A stretch of DNA of 64,000 bases from an uncultured Chloroflexia bacterium. Its GTDB lineage: Bacteria; Chloroflexota; Chloroflexia; QHBQ01; JADMIH01. Position numbers and translations under genes: made by a program. Positions 20,677 through 30,223 of the stretch are shown in pieces. Location of the stretch: contig CAWCNY010000004.1 in the NCBI GenBank assembly GCA_963797095.1, forward strand, positions 576,001-640,000, given 5' to 3'. Every line of letters begins with the position of its first letter. The first letter of the stretch is position 1. The notes beneath the pieces are model-generated. The model worked only from the letters and a program-made list of their open reading frames with translations. It did no database searches and was not told the origin of the DNA.

Positions 20677-22758
20677 CTATTTGAGGCCATAGTTGATCCT
20701 GAATTGCCATAGAAATAGGGCCGACAGGGTGAAGAACACCAACAGCAATAGAGACAGGTAGCGCCCCCACCGCCCACGATCCCAGAAACGCGACAGCAGT
20801 ATCCCGGTGCCAAGCGCGACCACAGGCAGCGCGAACAATGAATAGCGCACATACAGGTTGAACGCCCACCCGACCAGGGCAAACAGTATCACGGCACGCG
20901 CCCACACCAGGGCAGCGATGCGAAGGCGATGTATGGGTGCGATTGCGTCTGTAGGGAACGAGCGCAGGCGGACCGGCGCGACGACCAGGAATCCGAAGAA
21001 GGCGCCAACCAGGGGCCACGTCTTGAAGTAGGCCCAGAACTCGCTCCACAAACCCTGCAAGCCCCCCCAGAACCAATCCCCTACCGTGTGCACCTCACGT
21101 ATGACCAGCCCCAACGAGCGATCGTTGACCGCGCCACCCACCAGCACATTCATGCCGGATGTGCCGCTTGCGTCCTGCCCTCCCGACGAACTGCCGATAT
21201 CGGCGAAGGTTTCAAGCATGGTGGGCACGATGTTGTAGAAATAGACTGCATACGCAACGATAGCGGCAATTACGACAGCGGCGGCCAATTGGTAGGAACG
21301 GACCCGCAACGTGGACCTACGACCCCCGCCCGAAAGGAACCAGAATATCGCTGTTAGGCCAATGGCAACCAATAGGATGGCGAGCACCGCCGGGTGGCTC
21401 AAGAGGCCAATAGTCAGCAATGCCGTGAGCAGCCAGAATGCTGGCCGTCGCGGGCTAAGGTCGGGCGCGAGCACGAACACGGTGAAGATAAGAAGCACGA
21501 AGAACTCGGCAAACACATTGGTGGTGAGGCCCCAGGAAAAGATCAGCACCGCTATCGGCAAGGTGACGTAAAGCGTAGCTGCAATAATTCCGGCCCGCGC
21601 ATCGCGCACCGCTGCCACGCAGATCAGGTAGACAAGGAAGGCCCCTGCCGTGCTGAGTGCAACAGTAAAGAGGCGCACAGCCAGCGGAATGTCAGGCACA
21701 AGCCATTGCATGGGCATCATGAAGATGTAGGCCGTCATCGGGTAGAACGTGTCGCGCCCCGCAAGCTCGGACGCCACGTGCATGAAGATCAATTTCCCCG
21801 CCTGCGCGTCCTCGAACCGGTGTACATGATAAAAGAGGTCCACAATGAAGATTTGAGGGTGCAGTTGCCCGGCCAGCCGCACTGCGAACGCTAAGAAGAC
21901 CAGCGTCAGGAGGGCGCGGAAGTAGAGGGCAGAAGCAGGTCGTCGAGCGGCAATCAAGGCAGGGAGCCTGCGCAAGAGCCAGCCGCCAATCAACCATACC
22001 AGTGCGGTAAAAATGGCAGCAGCTGCCAGGGCCTGCGGCCAGATCGCGTACCATGTGCCCGATGTGATCCACAGCCGGTCCCACACCAGGAATCCCGCCG
22101 CCAGCACCGAAACAGCGCTCGCCCCCAGCACCACACCTCCCACACCCCAACCTAGCAGGGCAAGCACAAGCCCAAACAGGGCAGCAGCCAGCACAAGCGT
22201 CCACAACACAGCGAAGGGAGGCGGAATGAAGCGGTCGGGGTTGGGACCCGGCTGCACATGAATGCTCGTCAACACGACCCCCAGAACACGCGGGTCACCG
22301 GGCGGCGAGAAGCCATTGGATAGTAGATGCAACGAGAGCGTGCCATCGCGCACCCTGTCGCGGGGCACCGAGATGTGATAATCGGTCAGATCAGGCGCGG
22401 GTTGGACATCCAGCAGAGTCTCACCATCTGTTTCCACCCGCAAGGTAGCCTGAGGTTGGCTCTCCGGGCGGCTGCCGCTGAGGGTGAGTGTAACATCAAA
22501 GTCCTGGGTGCCAACCCCCTCCAATAAGATGTACGAATCGTCGCTCGTCCATCTGAAGGTCTGCGATTGGTCGCCTTGCATGCGCTCCCCGGCGTTGAAC
22601 CCCTGGAGCACTGGCCCGTCAATAGGCGAGCCTACTACAATGTCATAGCTCGGACGGCCCTGGTACGCCGCCACCACCAACAGAGCGGCGATCAGAGCGC
22701 CCAGGTAGATGCCAGGGTTTGCGAGACGCCGCAACAACGCGGCCACGACTGCCCTCAT
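20677..22758 (-). CDS. GT-C-like membrane protein with N-terminal extracellular beta domain
   Basis: ATGA overlap with the upstream stop; 'GFNAGE...FRWT...DPRVLGV', 'DLFYHVHR', many TMs. Confidence 0.75.
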   Translation of the reverse strand: MRAVVAALLRRLANPGIYLGALIAALLVVAAYQGRPSYDIVVGSPIDGPVLQGFNAGERMQGDQSQTFRWTSDDSYILLEGVGTQDFDVTLTLSGSRPESQPQATLRVETDGETLLDVQPAPDLTDYHISVPRDRVRDGTLSLHLLSNGFSPPGDPRVLGVVLTSIHVQPGPNPDRFIPPPFAVLWTLVLAAALFGLVLALLGWGVGGVVLGASAVSVLAAGFLVWDRLWITSGTWYAIWPQALAAAAIFTALVWLIGGWLLRRLPALIAARRPASALYFRALLTLVFLAFAVRLAGQLHPQIFIVDLFYHVHRFEDAQAGKLIFMHVASELAGRDTFYPMTAYIFMMPMQWLVPDIPLAVRLFTVALSTAGAFLVYLICVAAVRDARAGIIAATLYVTLPIAVLIFSWGLTTNVFAEFFVLLIFTVFVLAPDLSPRRPAFWLLTALLTIGLLSHPAVLAILLVAIGLTAIFWFLSGGGRRSTLRVRSYQLAAAVVIAAIVAYAVYFYNIVPTMLETFADIGSSSGGQDASGTSGMNVLVGGAVNDRSLGLVIREVHTVGDWFWGGLQGLWSEFWAYFKTWPLVGAFFGFLVVAPVRLRSFPTDAIAPIHRLRIAALVWARAVILFALVGWAFNLYVRYSLFALPVVALGTGILLSRFWDRGRWGRYLSLLLLVFFTLSALFLWQFRINYGLK

Positions 22759-25001
22759 GGTGCGCTTTGCGCCTCGTTGGCGTGGGCAGCGTCCGGTGCC
22801 GACTTGTAGATCGACACAAATTCGTTCGACCAGATGAGATTGTCCGCACTGTACCCGTAAGTGGCCGGGTCGTCCTGCGCCCACAAAATGGCGTAATCGG
22901 GCCTGTTGGCCGGGTCGTAGGGCTTGATTTCCTGTCCAAAGCTCAGGCGGCTATCACCATACTGCGGGTGATCTCGCAACAGCCACCCGAGCGCCGCCAG
23001 GTAGCCGCCGCTCACCCGCGCTGCCGTGTTGCCGCTGATGATAGGGTCCCTGGCGGGATCATCAAACAGGATGGAGGCCCCGGCAGGGATGACGTTGGTC
23101 AGGCCCGACACCGGGCGCGGCTCCAGGAAGTAAACGCGATCTGAGCCGAAATCCTGCACCTTGATGAAGTCGTCCACCACCTTGGCGACCGGGTTGGTGG
23201 CGCGCCATTCGAAATCGGTAAGCTGTGGGCCGCTCAGGTCGTCCAGGTGCACAACTACATATGTAACATCGAGCATCCTCAGCACATCGAGGCTGCGAGG
23301 GCACGGGAAGCAGTCTGTAGTTTCGAGCACCACCGCCGAATATGCATATGGGCGTATGCTGGTGCTGGCGTTGATCATGTCGTCCCAATGGTAAACACTG
23401 TAATATTGGTTAGTGTTTTCCATCCAAACATTCGGATCCCCCGGTTTGTAGTAGACCATCGGATATTCCACTATGGTGGTATGAGGCTGCTCCCCCAACC
23501 AGGTGTACACCGGAGGCACAGCCGAGCGCGTGCCAACGGGCGACATAGTTATGGGCGCGCTCCAGCTCTCGGTGATCGGTAACAGCGCCAGCAGGATGCC
23601 AATGGCTGGTACAAGCCAGCGTTGCCGCCTTATGGAAAATGCAGGGCGGTCGTGCAGCCAGCGCAGAATGTAGAACGCCCCGAATCCCGCCAGCACGGCC
23701 AATGCGAACGAGGTCAGCACTTCGATGCGCGTCACTACGCGCATGCTCTGGAAGCCCGGTACCCACTCATAAAGCAGGTAGTAAGGGAGAGGCATGATCC
23801 CATGAATAGCGTTCGGATCGTAGTTATCCGTAGCATAAGTAACTTGCAGGGTGGGACCCAAAGACAGGATGGCGGTAACTATAACAATAATCGCGTAGAA
23901 GATAGCGTGCTTGCGCAATGAGGTTCGAGGCGTAAGAGACCCGACGACCTCAGAGGTCGGCCGGGAGCGCCCAAAGACCCCGACCAGCGCCAACGCAAGC
24001 GTAAATAGGCCGGGGAAAGCCGCGCGCTCGATGAACCAGGGGCCGGGGTCAGCGAACGGAGCCAGCAGGTTCTTCAGGATCGGGTTGCCCCGGTAAACAG
24101 CCAGGAAGCTGGTCAGGGTGTTGGAGAAGCGCTCAGTCTCGAACAGGTCGCGGCTGAAATCCTGGCCGTTCTGCAGCAGCACATACGGCACCAGGATTGG
24201 GAGCATGAGTATAGCTGATACACCCAGCCCCGCCGCCAGTTGCCCGACGACACGCCACGAGAAAAGCCGTCTCTCAAACAGAAAGTAGTAGGCGAAGAAG
24301 AGGCCGATAAGCATCGCCGTGTAGAACGCGAGATAGTGTCCCGACAGCGCCTGCAGCGTAAAGAGCGCGCAGATCGTCCATGCCCAGCGCCACCGGCCCG
24401 TCCACAGCAGCTTGTACGAGCAAAGAAGGATAAATGGCAAATACTGCACATTGATCAGCGTCTGGTGTGGAAGGTGGTTAAGCCGGTAGAAGCAAAACGC
24501 GAAAGCCGCGCCTGCCACGAACCCCGCCCACCCATTGCCCGTAAGCTCGCGCACAAGCAGCCACATCCCGTAGCCGGAGAAGACGAAAGTCAGGAACAAC
24601 AGAGCATTGTGACTCAGCACAGGATTCCCGCTAATCCAGTAGAGTGGTCCCGCGATAACCGCCTGCGAGAAGGAAAGTTCGTCAAAAGCAAGTGTGCCCT
24701 TGAACGGGTACATTATATTGGCGTCGAAAAGGTGCAGAGGGTCGGTGGCGAGAGCATGTGCCTGCCACGCCATCGCCCACACGCTGTAAAGTGGATCGCC
24801 CTTATCGATCACATAACCGCCCAGTTGGGGCAGCAGGGGCCACGTAACAACCGTAGTCAGAAGCGTGAACGCGCCAATAACGGCAAGATGGAGGCCGATT
24901 GGTCGCAGCCTCCTCCCTCCTGAGGGCACGTCATCCGGTGCCACCTTCGGCACTTCTTCAGAAACAGCGGGTTGTTCGATCTGGTCCAGCATTGTTGCCA
25001 C
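22755..25001 (-). CDS. YfhO-like / GT-C-like membrane protein
   Basis: 'GDPLYSVWAMAW', 'LFDANIMYP', 'PGFQSMRV' motifs; polytopic. Confidence 0.75.
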   Translation of the reverse strand: MATMLDQIEQPAVSEEVPKVAPDDVPSGGRRLRPIGLHLAVIGAFTLLTTVVTWPLLPQLGGYVIDKGDPLYSVWAMAWQAHALATDPLHLFDANIMYPFKGTLAFDELSFSQAVIAGPLYWISGNPVLSHNALLFLTFVFSGYGMWLLVRELTGNGWAGFVAGAAFAFCFYRLNHLPHQTLINVQYLPFILLCSYKLLWTGRWRWAWTICALFTLQALSGHYLAFYTAMLIGLFFAYYFLFERRLFSWRVVGQLAAGLGVSAILMLPILVPYVLLQNGQDFSRDLFETERFSNTLTSFLAVYRGNPILKNLLAPFADPGPWFIERAAFPGLFTLALALVGVFGRSRPTSEVVGSLTPRTSLRKHAIFYAIIVIVTAILSLGPTLQVTYATDNYDPNAIHGIMPLPYYLLYEWVPGFQSMRVVTRIEVLTSFALAVLAGFGAFYILRWLHDRPAFSIRRQRWLVPAIGILLALLPITESWSAPITMSPVGTRSAVPPVYTWLGEQPHTTIVEYPMVYYKPGDPNVWMENTNQYYSVYHWDDMINASTSIRPYAYSAVVLETTDCFPCPRSLDVLRMLDVTYVVVHLDDLSGPQLTDFEWRATNPVAKVVDDFIKVQDFGSDRVYFLEPRPVSGLTNVIPAGASILFDDPARDPIISGNTAARVSGGYLAALGWLLRDHPQYGDSRLSFGQEIKPYDPANRPDYAILWAQDDPATYGYSADNLIWSNEFVSIYKSAPDAAHANEAQSAP

Positions 25002-25004
25002 GGA

Positions 25005-26222
25005 TTAGAGCCGCTCGCGCACTCGCGAAAGCACCTGAGTGAGGGTGCGTGCCCCTTTCTCCCAGCTGTAATGTGTCTTGATATAGTGGGCACCCGCGAG
25101 CCCCATCGTCTGGGCGCGAGCGGGGTTTGCCCACAGGTCAGCAATCGAGCGGCCCAGGGCCTCAGGCGTCGGCTCGACCAGGTGCCCGCTGATCCCATCA
25201 AGCACGGTATCACACGGCCCGCCCTCATTCACCGATACCACAGGCAAGCCCAACGCCAGAGCCTCGATCACCGACAGGCCGAAGCTCTCCTCCCTGCCTG
25301 TGTGAACATAAACATCGGCCAGGGCGTAGTGCGCAGGCAGCTCCTTTTCAGGAACACTCCCCGCGAAGATCACATCCTTGCCAACCTCCATGCAAAGCTC
25401 CTCTGCCAGCGAGCGCAGATATTCGCGCTCAGGCCCCTCACCTACCACAAGTGCCGTACCGCCCGGTGTCAATTGTGCGCCATATCGGACCGCCCGCAGG
25501 AACAAATCCACACGCTTTCTGGGGTGCAAATGGTTTACCGTGACGGCAACCCGCTCACTCGGCAGGCCATAACGGGCACGAAGGGCCTCCACCTGCGACG
25601 GATCTGGGCGCAAAAAATCGACCCCGTGCTCTATGACAGTGGCGGGCCGTCCGTATGCTTCCTTGATCTTGCGCAAGCCGAACGGGCTATTGGATAGCAC
25701 CCGGTGGGCAGAGCGCACCATACGCCGGTCAATCAACCTGTAGAGAGCAAACGCGGGTCGAAGCAACCCACCCAGCGACCCGAGTCTCGCCACGATATCC
25801 TCCGTGTCCCGATAAATGAATCGAGGAGGTTCATAGCAGAAGTAGAGGACAGGCACGCGTTTGCCCACCAGAGGCAAGAGCAACCGGCGCGAGAACCACA
25901 TCGCAGGCACGCTGGGAGGCCCGAAGAAGATCACCCCATCAAGCGCCGGCCGGGGCATCCTGAGCGCCAGCGTCGGACCCAGCGCGTACTCAATGGCCGC
26001 GTCCAGGTAGTGATTGCCCGTCAGGTCGAGAGGCCAACCTGTCTCAATGAGGCGCACGCAGGGCGAAAGAGCGGAACGACAATCGGTGGCGAGGTGGTGG
26101 GTGAGAAGGACCACATCGGCATCCGGACCGAGGGTCCGGGCGGTGTAGTCGGCAAGCTTGAGGATGAGCCTTTCGGCCCCGGTCAATTTCTTGATCTGCG
26201 GGTAGAAGAAGACCAGCGTCAA
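25005..26222 (-). CDS. Glycosyltransferase family 4 (ALG2-like)
   Basis: 'GAERLI', 'YFCYEPPR', 'HPRKRVD', 'ESFGLSVIEALA'; start uncertain (TTG 26222 vs ORF-track 26333). Confidence 0.88.
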   Translation of the reverse strand: MTLVFFYPQIKKLTGAERLILKLADYTARTLGPDADVVLLTHHLATDCRSALSPCVRLIETGWPLDLTGNHYLDAAIEYALGPTLALRMPRPALDGVIFFGPPSVPAMWFSRRLLLPLVGKRVPVLYFCYEPPRFIYRDTEDIVARLGSLGGLLRPAFALYRLIDRRMVRSAHRVLSNSPFGLRKIKEAYGRPATVIEHGVDFLRPDPSQVEALRARYGLPSERVAVTVNHLHPRKRVDLFLRAVRYGAQLTPGGTALVVGEGPEREYLRSLAEELCMEVGKDVIFAGSVPEKELPAHYALADVYVHTGREESFGLSVIEALALGLPVVSVNEGGPCDTVLDGISGHLVEPTPEALGRSIADLWANPARAQTMGLAGAHYIKTHYSWEKGARTLTQVLSRVRERL

Positions 26223-26224
26223 AG

Positions 26225-26440
26225 CTATGCCCCGGACCCCGCCCCCGCCTCTGAGGCAGGCATCTCCGCCTCTTCGATAATCATAATCGGGATACCGTCG
26301 CGGACCAGGTACGCGCGTCCGCACTGCTCGCAAACGAGCTTGTTGCCCTCAGGGTGAACTTTTGCCCTGTCCAACGGGCACACCAGTATCTCAAGCAATG
26401 TATCGGGAAGGTCTGCCGCCGAGGTCTCTTTTCCTGTCAT
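26225..26440 (-). CDS. Trm112/YcaR family protein
   Basis: 'LLEILVCP...LVCEQCGRAYLVRDGIPIM'; SD AGGAGG. Confidence 0.9.
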   Translation of the reverse strand: MTGKETSAADLPDTLLEILVCPLDRAKVHPEGNKLVCEQCGRAYLVRDGIPIMIIEEAEMPASEAGAGSGA

Positions 26441-26500
26441 TCTTTCCTCCTGCCTGTGTGTGGCCCAAAAGCCTTGGGCGTGCTTCGACCACCGTAGCCG

Positions 26501-28027
26501 CTATTTTGGAATATAGATATTGAGAACATTATGCTGATCAAGTTTATAATTATCCTTCACCGCTTGCAAGATTTCGGGCGATACATCCCCTGCTCCCGCC
26601 TGCGGGTCATCCACATCCACGCGCAGGATGATCTGCGAGAACTCCTTCGAACCAATAGCAGCCAGCAGCAAGCTTTGGTCCCACCGTCCATAGTGGGTGG
26701 CATGGGTCTGTGTGTACGGGTCGGTGCTCCACAGGCGCTTGCCGGTGGTCAGCATCAAGCCCACATTGTCCGAGTAGGCTTCGCCGGAGTTATTGGTGAC
26801 GTACTGGAAGATGCTCATCATACCCTCTGTACGGTCGGCCTTCAACTGGTTGAATTCAAGCTGAAGCCATACGGGCACACCAAACAGAGAGGGCACCCAG
26901 CACAAAGCAATCAACGCAAGAGCCGCGCCCCCAACCCGCCACGGAACAGCATCACGCGCTCCCATAAGCAGAACCCCGGCGCCAACCCCAACGCCCAGGC
27001 AGCAAGCCGCCGCCAGGTCGAGCAGGTGGTTGTGGTTGCCCCCAAGTGTGCCGGTGCCGCCAGCCACCACCAGCGCCATCCCCAGGTAAATGACCAGCAA
27101 TAGGCCACCGCCGTTCGGGACAATGGGATCAAGCTTGCGACGACGACCATAGACCCAGTTAGCTCCCAGAAGTAAGATCGCAATCGCTCCCGGAAGCAGA
27201 AACGCCCCGTAATCTATGGCGAGATCCCGCAGGAAGTCAAAGAAGCGGTCCGGGAACCACGGCAGATTGTGAATGGTGAATTGGTGGTAGAAATATCCGC
27301 CATCGGTCACCCAGTTGAGAAGCAAACTCGGAATAACAGCACCCGCCGCGTAGACTATGCCAAAGGCTACGCCCCTTCTCGGATTGGTTAGCACGAGCCA
27401 GCCGGTAACTGCGATAGCCGAGGCGATTGCCGTCTGCTTGGTGTAGAAGGCAAGCAGTAGGGGAAACAATGCCCACCACACCTGCGACTGTTCTCGCGAA
27501 ATCGCCCACCACAGTCCCACCAGGCCGAGCGCCAGCGCCAGCATGTCGGGCTTCACCAGGCTGCCCCAAAAGGTAACCAGTCCAAGCGACCAGAAAAGCA
27601 AAGCCCCAAGCGCACCCCCGATCTTGCTGCGCGTGAGCGAGTTGACTATCCCGAAGATCGATATGCCTACAAGGAGAGTAGAAAGAATGGAAATTGCCCG
27701 CCCGATCTTGAACGAAGGCTCGTTGCCCAGCAAGTGCTGGAAGGGCCAACATAGCAGGTAAAAGACAGGAGGGTAGGGCGCTGCGATGAACAACTCAGGC
27801 CCCACGGGGTTGAAGATAGGCACGCCCTGGTCCAGAAGCATCGTCTCGGCGACGATCATACCCTCCGACTCGTCAAACTGAAACGGATGCTGGAAGAAGG
27901 CCGCCACCGTAGGGATCACCGAAAAGACTACTTTAGCTGCCAGGCCAGCGAGCAGCACAACCACGATCGCCAGCAGCGCGAACCTCACAGCACGCGAAAG
28001 TTGGTTAGAGGGCGATGCTTCGATCAT
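26501..28027 (-). CDS. GT-C-like (ArnT/PMT-like) membrane glycosyltransferase
   Basis: 'DESEG', 'PYPPVFY', 'KPDMLA', 'FYTKQT'. Confidence 0.75.
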   Translation of the reverse strand: MIEASPSNQLSRAVRFALLAIVVVLLAGLAAKVVFSVIPTVAAFFQHPFQFDESEGMIVAETMLLDQGVPIFNPVGPELFIAAPYPPVFYLLCWPFQHLLGNEPSFKIGRAISILSTLLVGISIFGIVNSLTRSKIGGALGALLFWSLGLVTFWGSLVKPDMLALALGLVGLWWAISREQSQVWWALFPLLLAFYTKQTAIASAIAVTGWLVLTNPRRGVAFGIVYAAGAVIPSLLLNWVTDGGYFYHQFTIHNLPWFPDRFFDFLRDLAIDYGAFLLPGAIAILLLGANWVYGRRRKLDPIVPNGGGLLLVIYLGMALVVAGGTGTLGGNHNHLLDLAAACCLGVGVGAGVLLMGARDAVPWRVGGAALALIALCWVPSLFGVPVWLQLEFNQLKADRTEGMMSIFQYVTNNSGEAYSDNVGLMLTTGKRLWSTDPYTQTHATHYGRWDQSLLLAAIGSKEFSQIILRVDVDDPQAGAGDVSPEILQAVKDNYKLDQHNVLNIYIPK

Positions 28028-30147
28028 GGCGCTTCCGCCACCTGAACCGTCGATATACGCAGCCCAAGCAGGCGAGGGTCATCGCCGCCCGGCACGAAGG
28101 GTCGAGATCGAACTTCGACGGTATCACTGGTATCGCTCAGGGGCGCTGACCCAGCAGTCAGAGTTATGTTCGCCCACACATTGTCTCGGTTCAGCACCGG
28201 ATCAGGATAGCTTGCAGGAGGCGCAAACGACCCGCTTTGCACAAGCGGCTCCGCAGCAGGCGCGGAAGGTGGTCGCCAGCCGTTCAATTCGACCGTGAGA
28301 TTGACGGGGCTTGCTTCCGAAGGCACAAGGCCCTTGATCTCGGCATCCGCTGTAGACCATCTGTATTGCTTGCCGCCTTCGTCGGTCTCAGGCCCGTAGA
28401 AACCCCTCACATAGCCGATGTCCAGCCCGCTCCCCACCTCAATATCGTTCGTGGGCGGAGGGGTTAGATGGTCCCAGGCCCATTCCAGGGGAGCGTCCCC
28501 TGCCACCTGCACCACTCGCGCGTTGAAAAACGAGCGTGCCCCCGACACATCCCCCGCCATGCGAGCCGCTTCCCCACTGATAATGGACGGCTCGAAACGG
28601 TCCGGGTCGTCGTCGGCCCTCAGTTGCGCCATCGCGTCCGGCGACCTCCCCGCCTGCAAATAAGCGGCAGCAAGCCCATACCGTGTATCGCTCAAGTCGG
28701 TGTTTGCCTGCAAATATTGTGCTATAGCCTGCTCGACCTGCCCTTGCTTTAGCGATGCTTCAGCCTCTCTGTATGGCCCTTGCTCCCCCCAGCGTTGGAT
28801 GCCCAACCGCGTATTGTCCAGCGAGATCGCGGGCACAATCAGGACGGCAATCGCCACGACGGCAAGCGCGCCAAGCGCCTGTAACGGTCTGCGAAGCGCG
28901 CGCAAACGCGCAAACGCACCAGGTAGCAGAGGGATTGCCACCCCCGCCCACGGGATCAGGAAAGCCACCACCGGCAGCCTGAAGCGCGTGACCGCGAAGA
29001 AGATGAACGACATCACCACCCACAACAGCACCCACAACCCCGCAAGACTCTTGAGCGGGTGAGGAGGCGCAAGCAATAAGCCCAAAATAGCCAGCACAAG
29101 AATAACCACGTAGAGAACATCATCAAACAAAAAGAGCGACAGGAGGTGCCAGGCAGGTACACGCCCCAACGAGAAGCCCCTCACCTGCCGTTCTTCCGCG
29201 CTGAATAGAGGCCGCCACAGGTCCAGGCTCTCCTTGACCCCCTTCCCTATGAACGCGACAGGATCTGCCGCGATGGTCTTGAACGCTTGCTCATAAGCGT
29301 AGCTCTGGCGATCTGCCGGGTTGGGGATAGTCCTCAGGTCGGCTTCCAGGCGCGCCTCATCTCGCACCCCTATGCTCCCTAACCACAGGTTGTAGCCTCC
29401 TGTCGTGTCCACCGGGATGAACCGTCCATAAGCCACGTAGTTGCGCGCGATCCAGGGCAGAATCACCACCACACACACGCCAAGCACGATTGCGGGTGCC
29501 GTCAATCGGCGGCGCAAAGGCATACCCTTGCCCCGGGCAAGCCACAGCATCACAAGCGGCACAAAGCCGAGCGCCGTTGAGCGCGTGAGCACCCCCAGCC
29601 CAAGCAACAGGCCCGCGGATGCCAGGACCGCCCAAATTCTCCAATCCCACACCCCATCGAGCCTTTCACGTGCCAGGACCAGCGCCACCAACGACCACGC
29701 AAAGAGCAACACAAAGAGCGTCTCAGAAAGCAACAGCCCAGCGAACAAAGTAAGCGGCAAATAGAGCAGCGCCAGCAACAGGGTCCAGCGAGCGGCCTTG
29801 CGCCCACCCACCCGAAAAGCAAGCCAACCCAGCGCCGGAAGGGTCAATGCGCTCAGCAGCGCCTGGAAAATCAATGCAGGTATATAGCCATCCCCCGCCA
29901 CGCGCATCACAACGGCCAGCGATGCCACGTAGAGCGGTGGGCGCACCCACAGCGCCGTGTCAAAGTAAGAGAAGCCACGGCCCTCGGCCAGCACATGCGC
30001 TGCGCCGAAGTACTCGGTTTCGTCTATAACGAACGAGCCAGGAGGGTGTCCATCCGGGTGCAAAGCCAGGTTGTAAGCGATCCGAACAATGAAGGCAAGA
30101 GCAACAAGGAGCCACAGGAGCGGGTCGCGCCGGTATGAGTTGCGCAT
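28024..30147 (-). CDS. GT39/ArnT-like membrane glycosyltransferase with TPR-like and C-terminal beta domains
   Basis: 'DETEY', 'RPPLY', 'LLSETLF', 'PWIARNY', 'RFRLP'; C-terminal 'YRWS...DPRLLG'. Confidence 0.8.
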   Translation of the reverse strand: MRNSYRRDPLLWLLVALAFIVRIAYNLALHPDGHPPGSFVIDETEYFGAAHVLAEGRGFSYFDTALWVRPPLYVASLAVVMRVAGDGYIPALIFQALLSALTLPALGWLAFRVGGRKAARWTLLLALLYLPLTLFAGLLLSETLFVLLFAWSLVALVLARERLDGVWDWRIWAVLASAGLLLGLGVLTRSTALGFVPLVMLWLARGKGMPLRRRLTAPAIVLGVCVVVILPWIARNYVAYGRFIPVDTTGGYNLWLGSIGVRDEARLEADLRTIPNPADRQSYAYEQAFKTIAADPVAFIGKGVKESLDLWRPLFSAEERQVRGFSLGRVPAWHLLSLFLFDDVLYVVILVLAILGLLLAPPHPLKSLAGLWVLLWVVMSFIFFAVTRFRLPVVAFLIPWAGVAIPLLPGAFARLRALRRPLQALGALAVVAIAVLIVPAISLDNTRLGIQRWGEQGPYREAEASLKQGQVEQAIAQYLQANTDLSDTRYGLAAAYLQAGRSPDAMAQLRADDDPDRFEPSIISGEAARMAGDVSGARSFFNARVVQVAGDAPLEWAWDHLTPPPTNDIEVGSGLDIGYVRGFYGPETDEGGKQYRWSTADAEIKGLVPSEASPVNLTVELNGWRPPSAPAAEPLVQSGSFAPPASYPDPVLNRDNVWANITLTAGSAPLSDTSDTVEVRSRPFVPGGDDPRLLGLRISTVQVAEAP

Positions 30148-30223
30148 AATTGAGAGAAATGAAATAAGGGTCGAAACTACAACCTATGGATTGCGAATAA
30201 AGAACGGTGCCACGCCATGCCGG

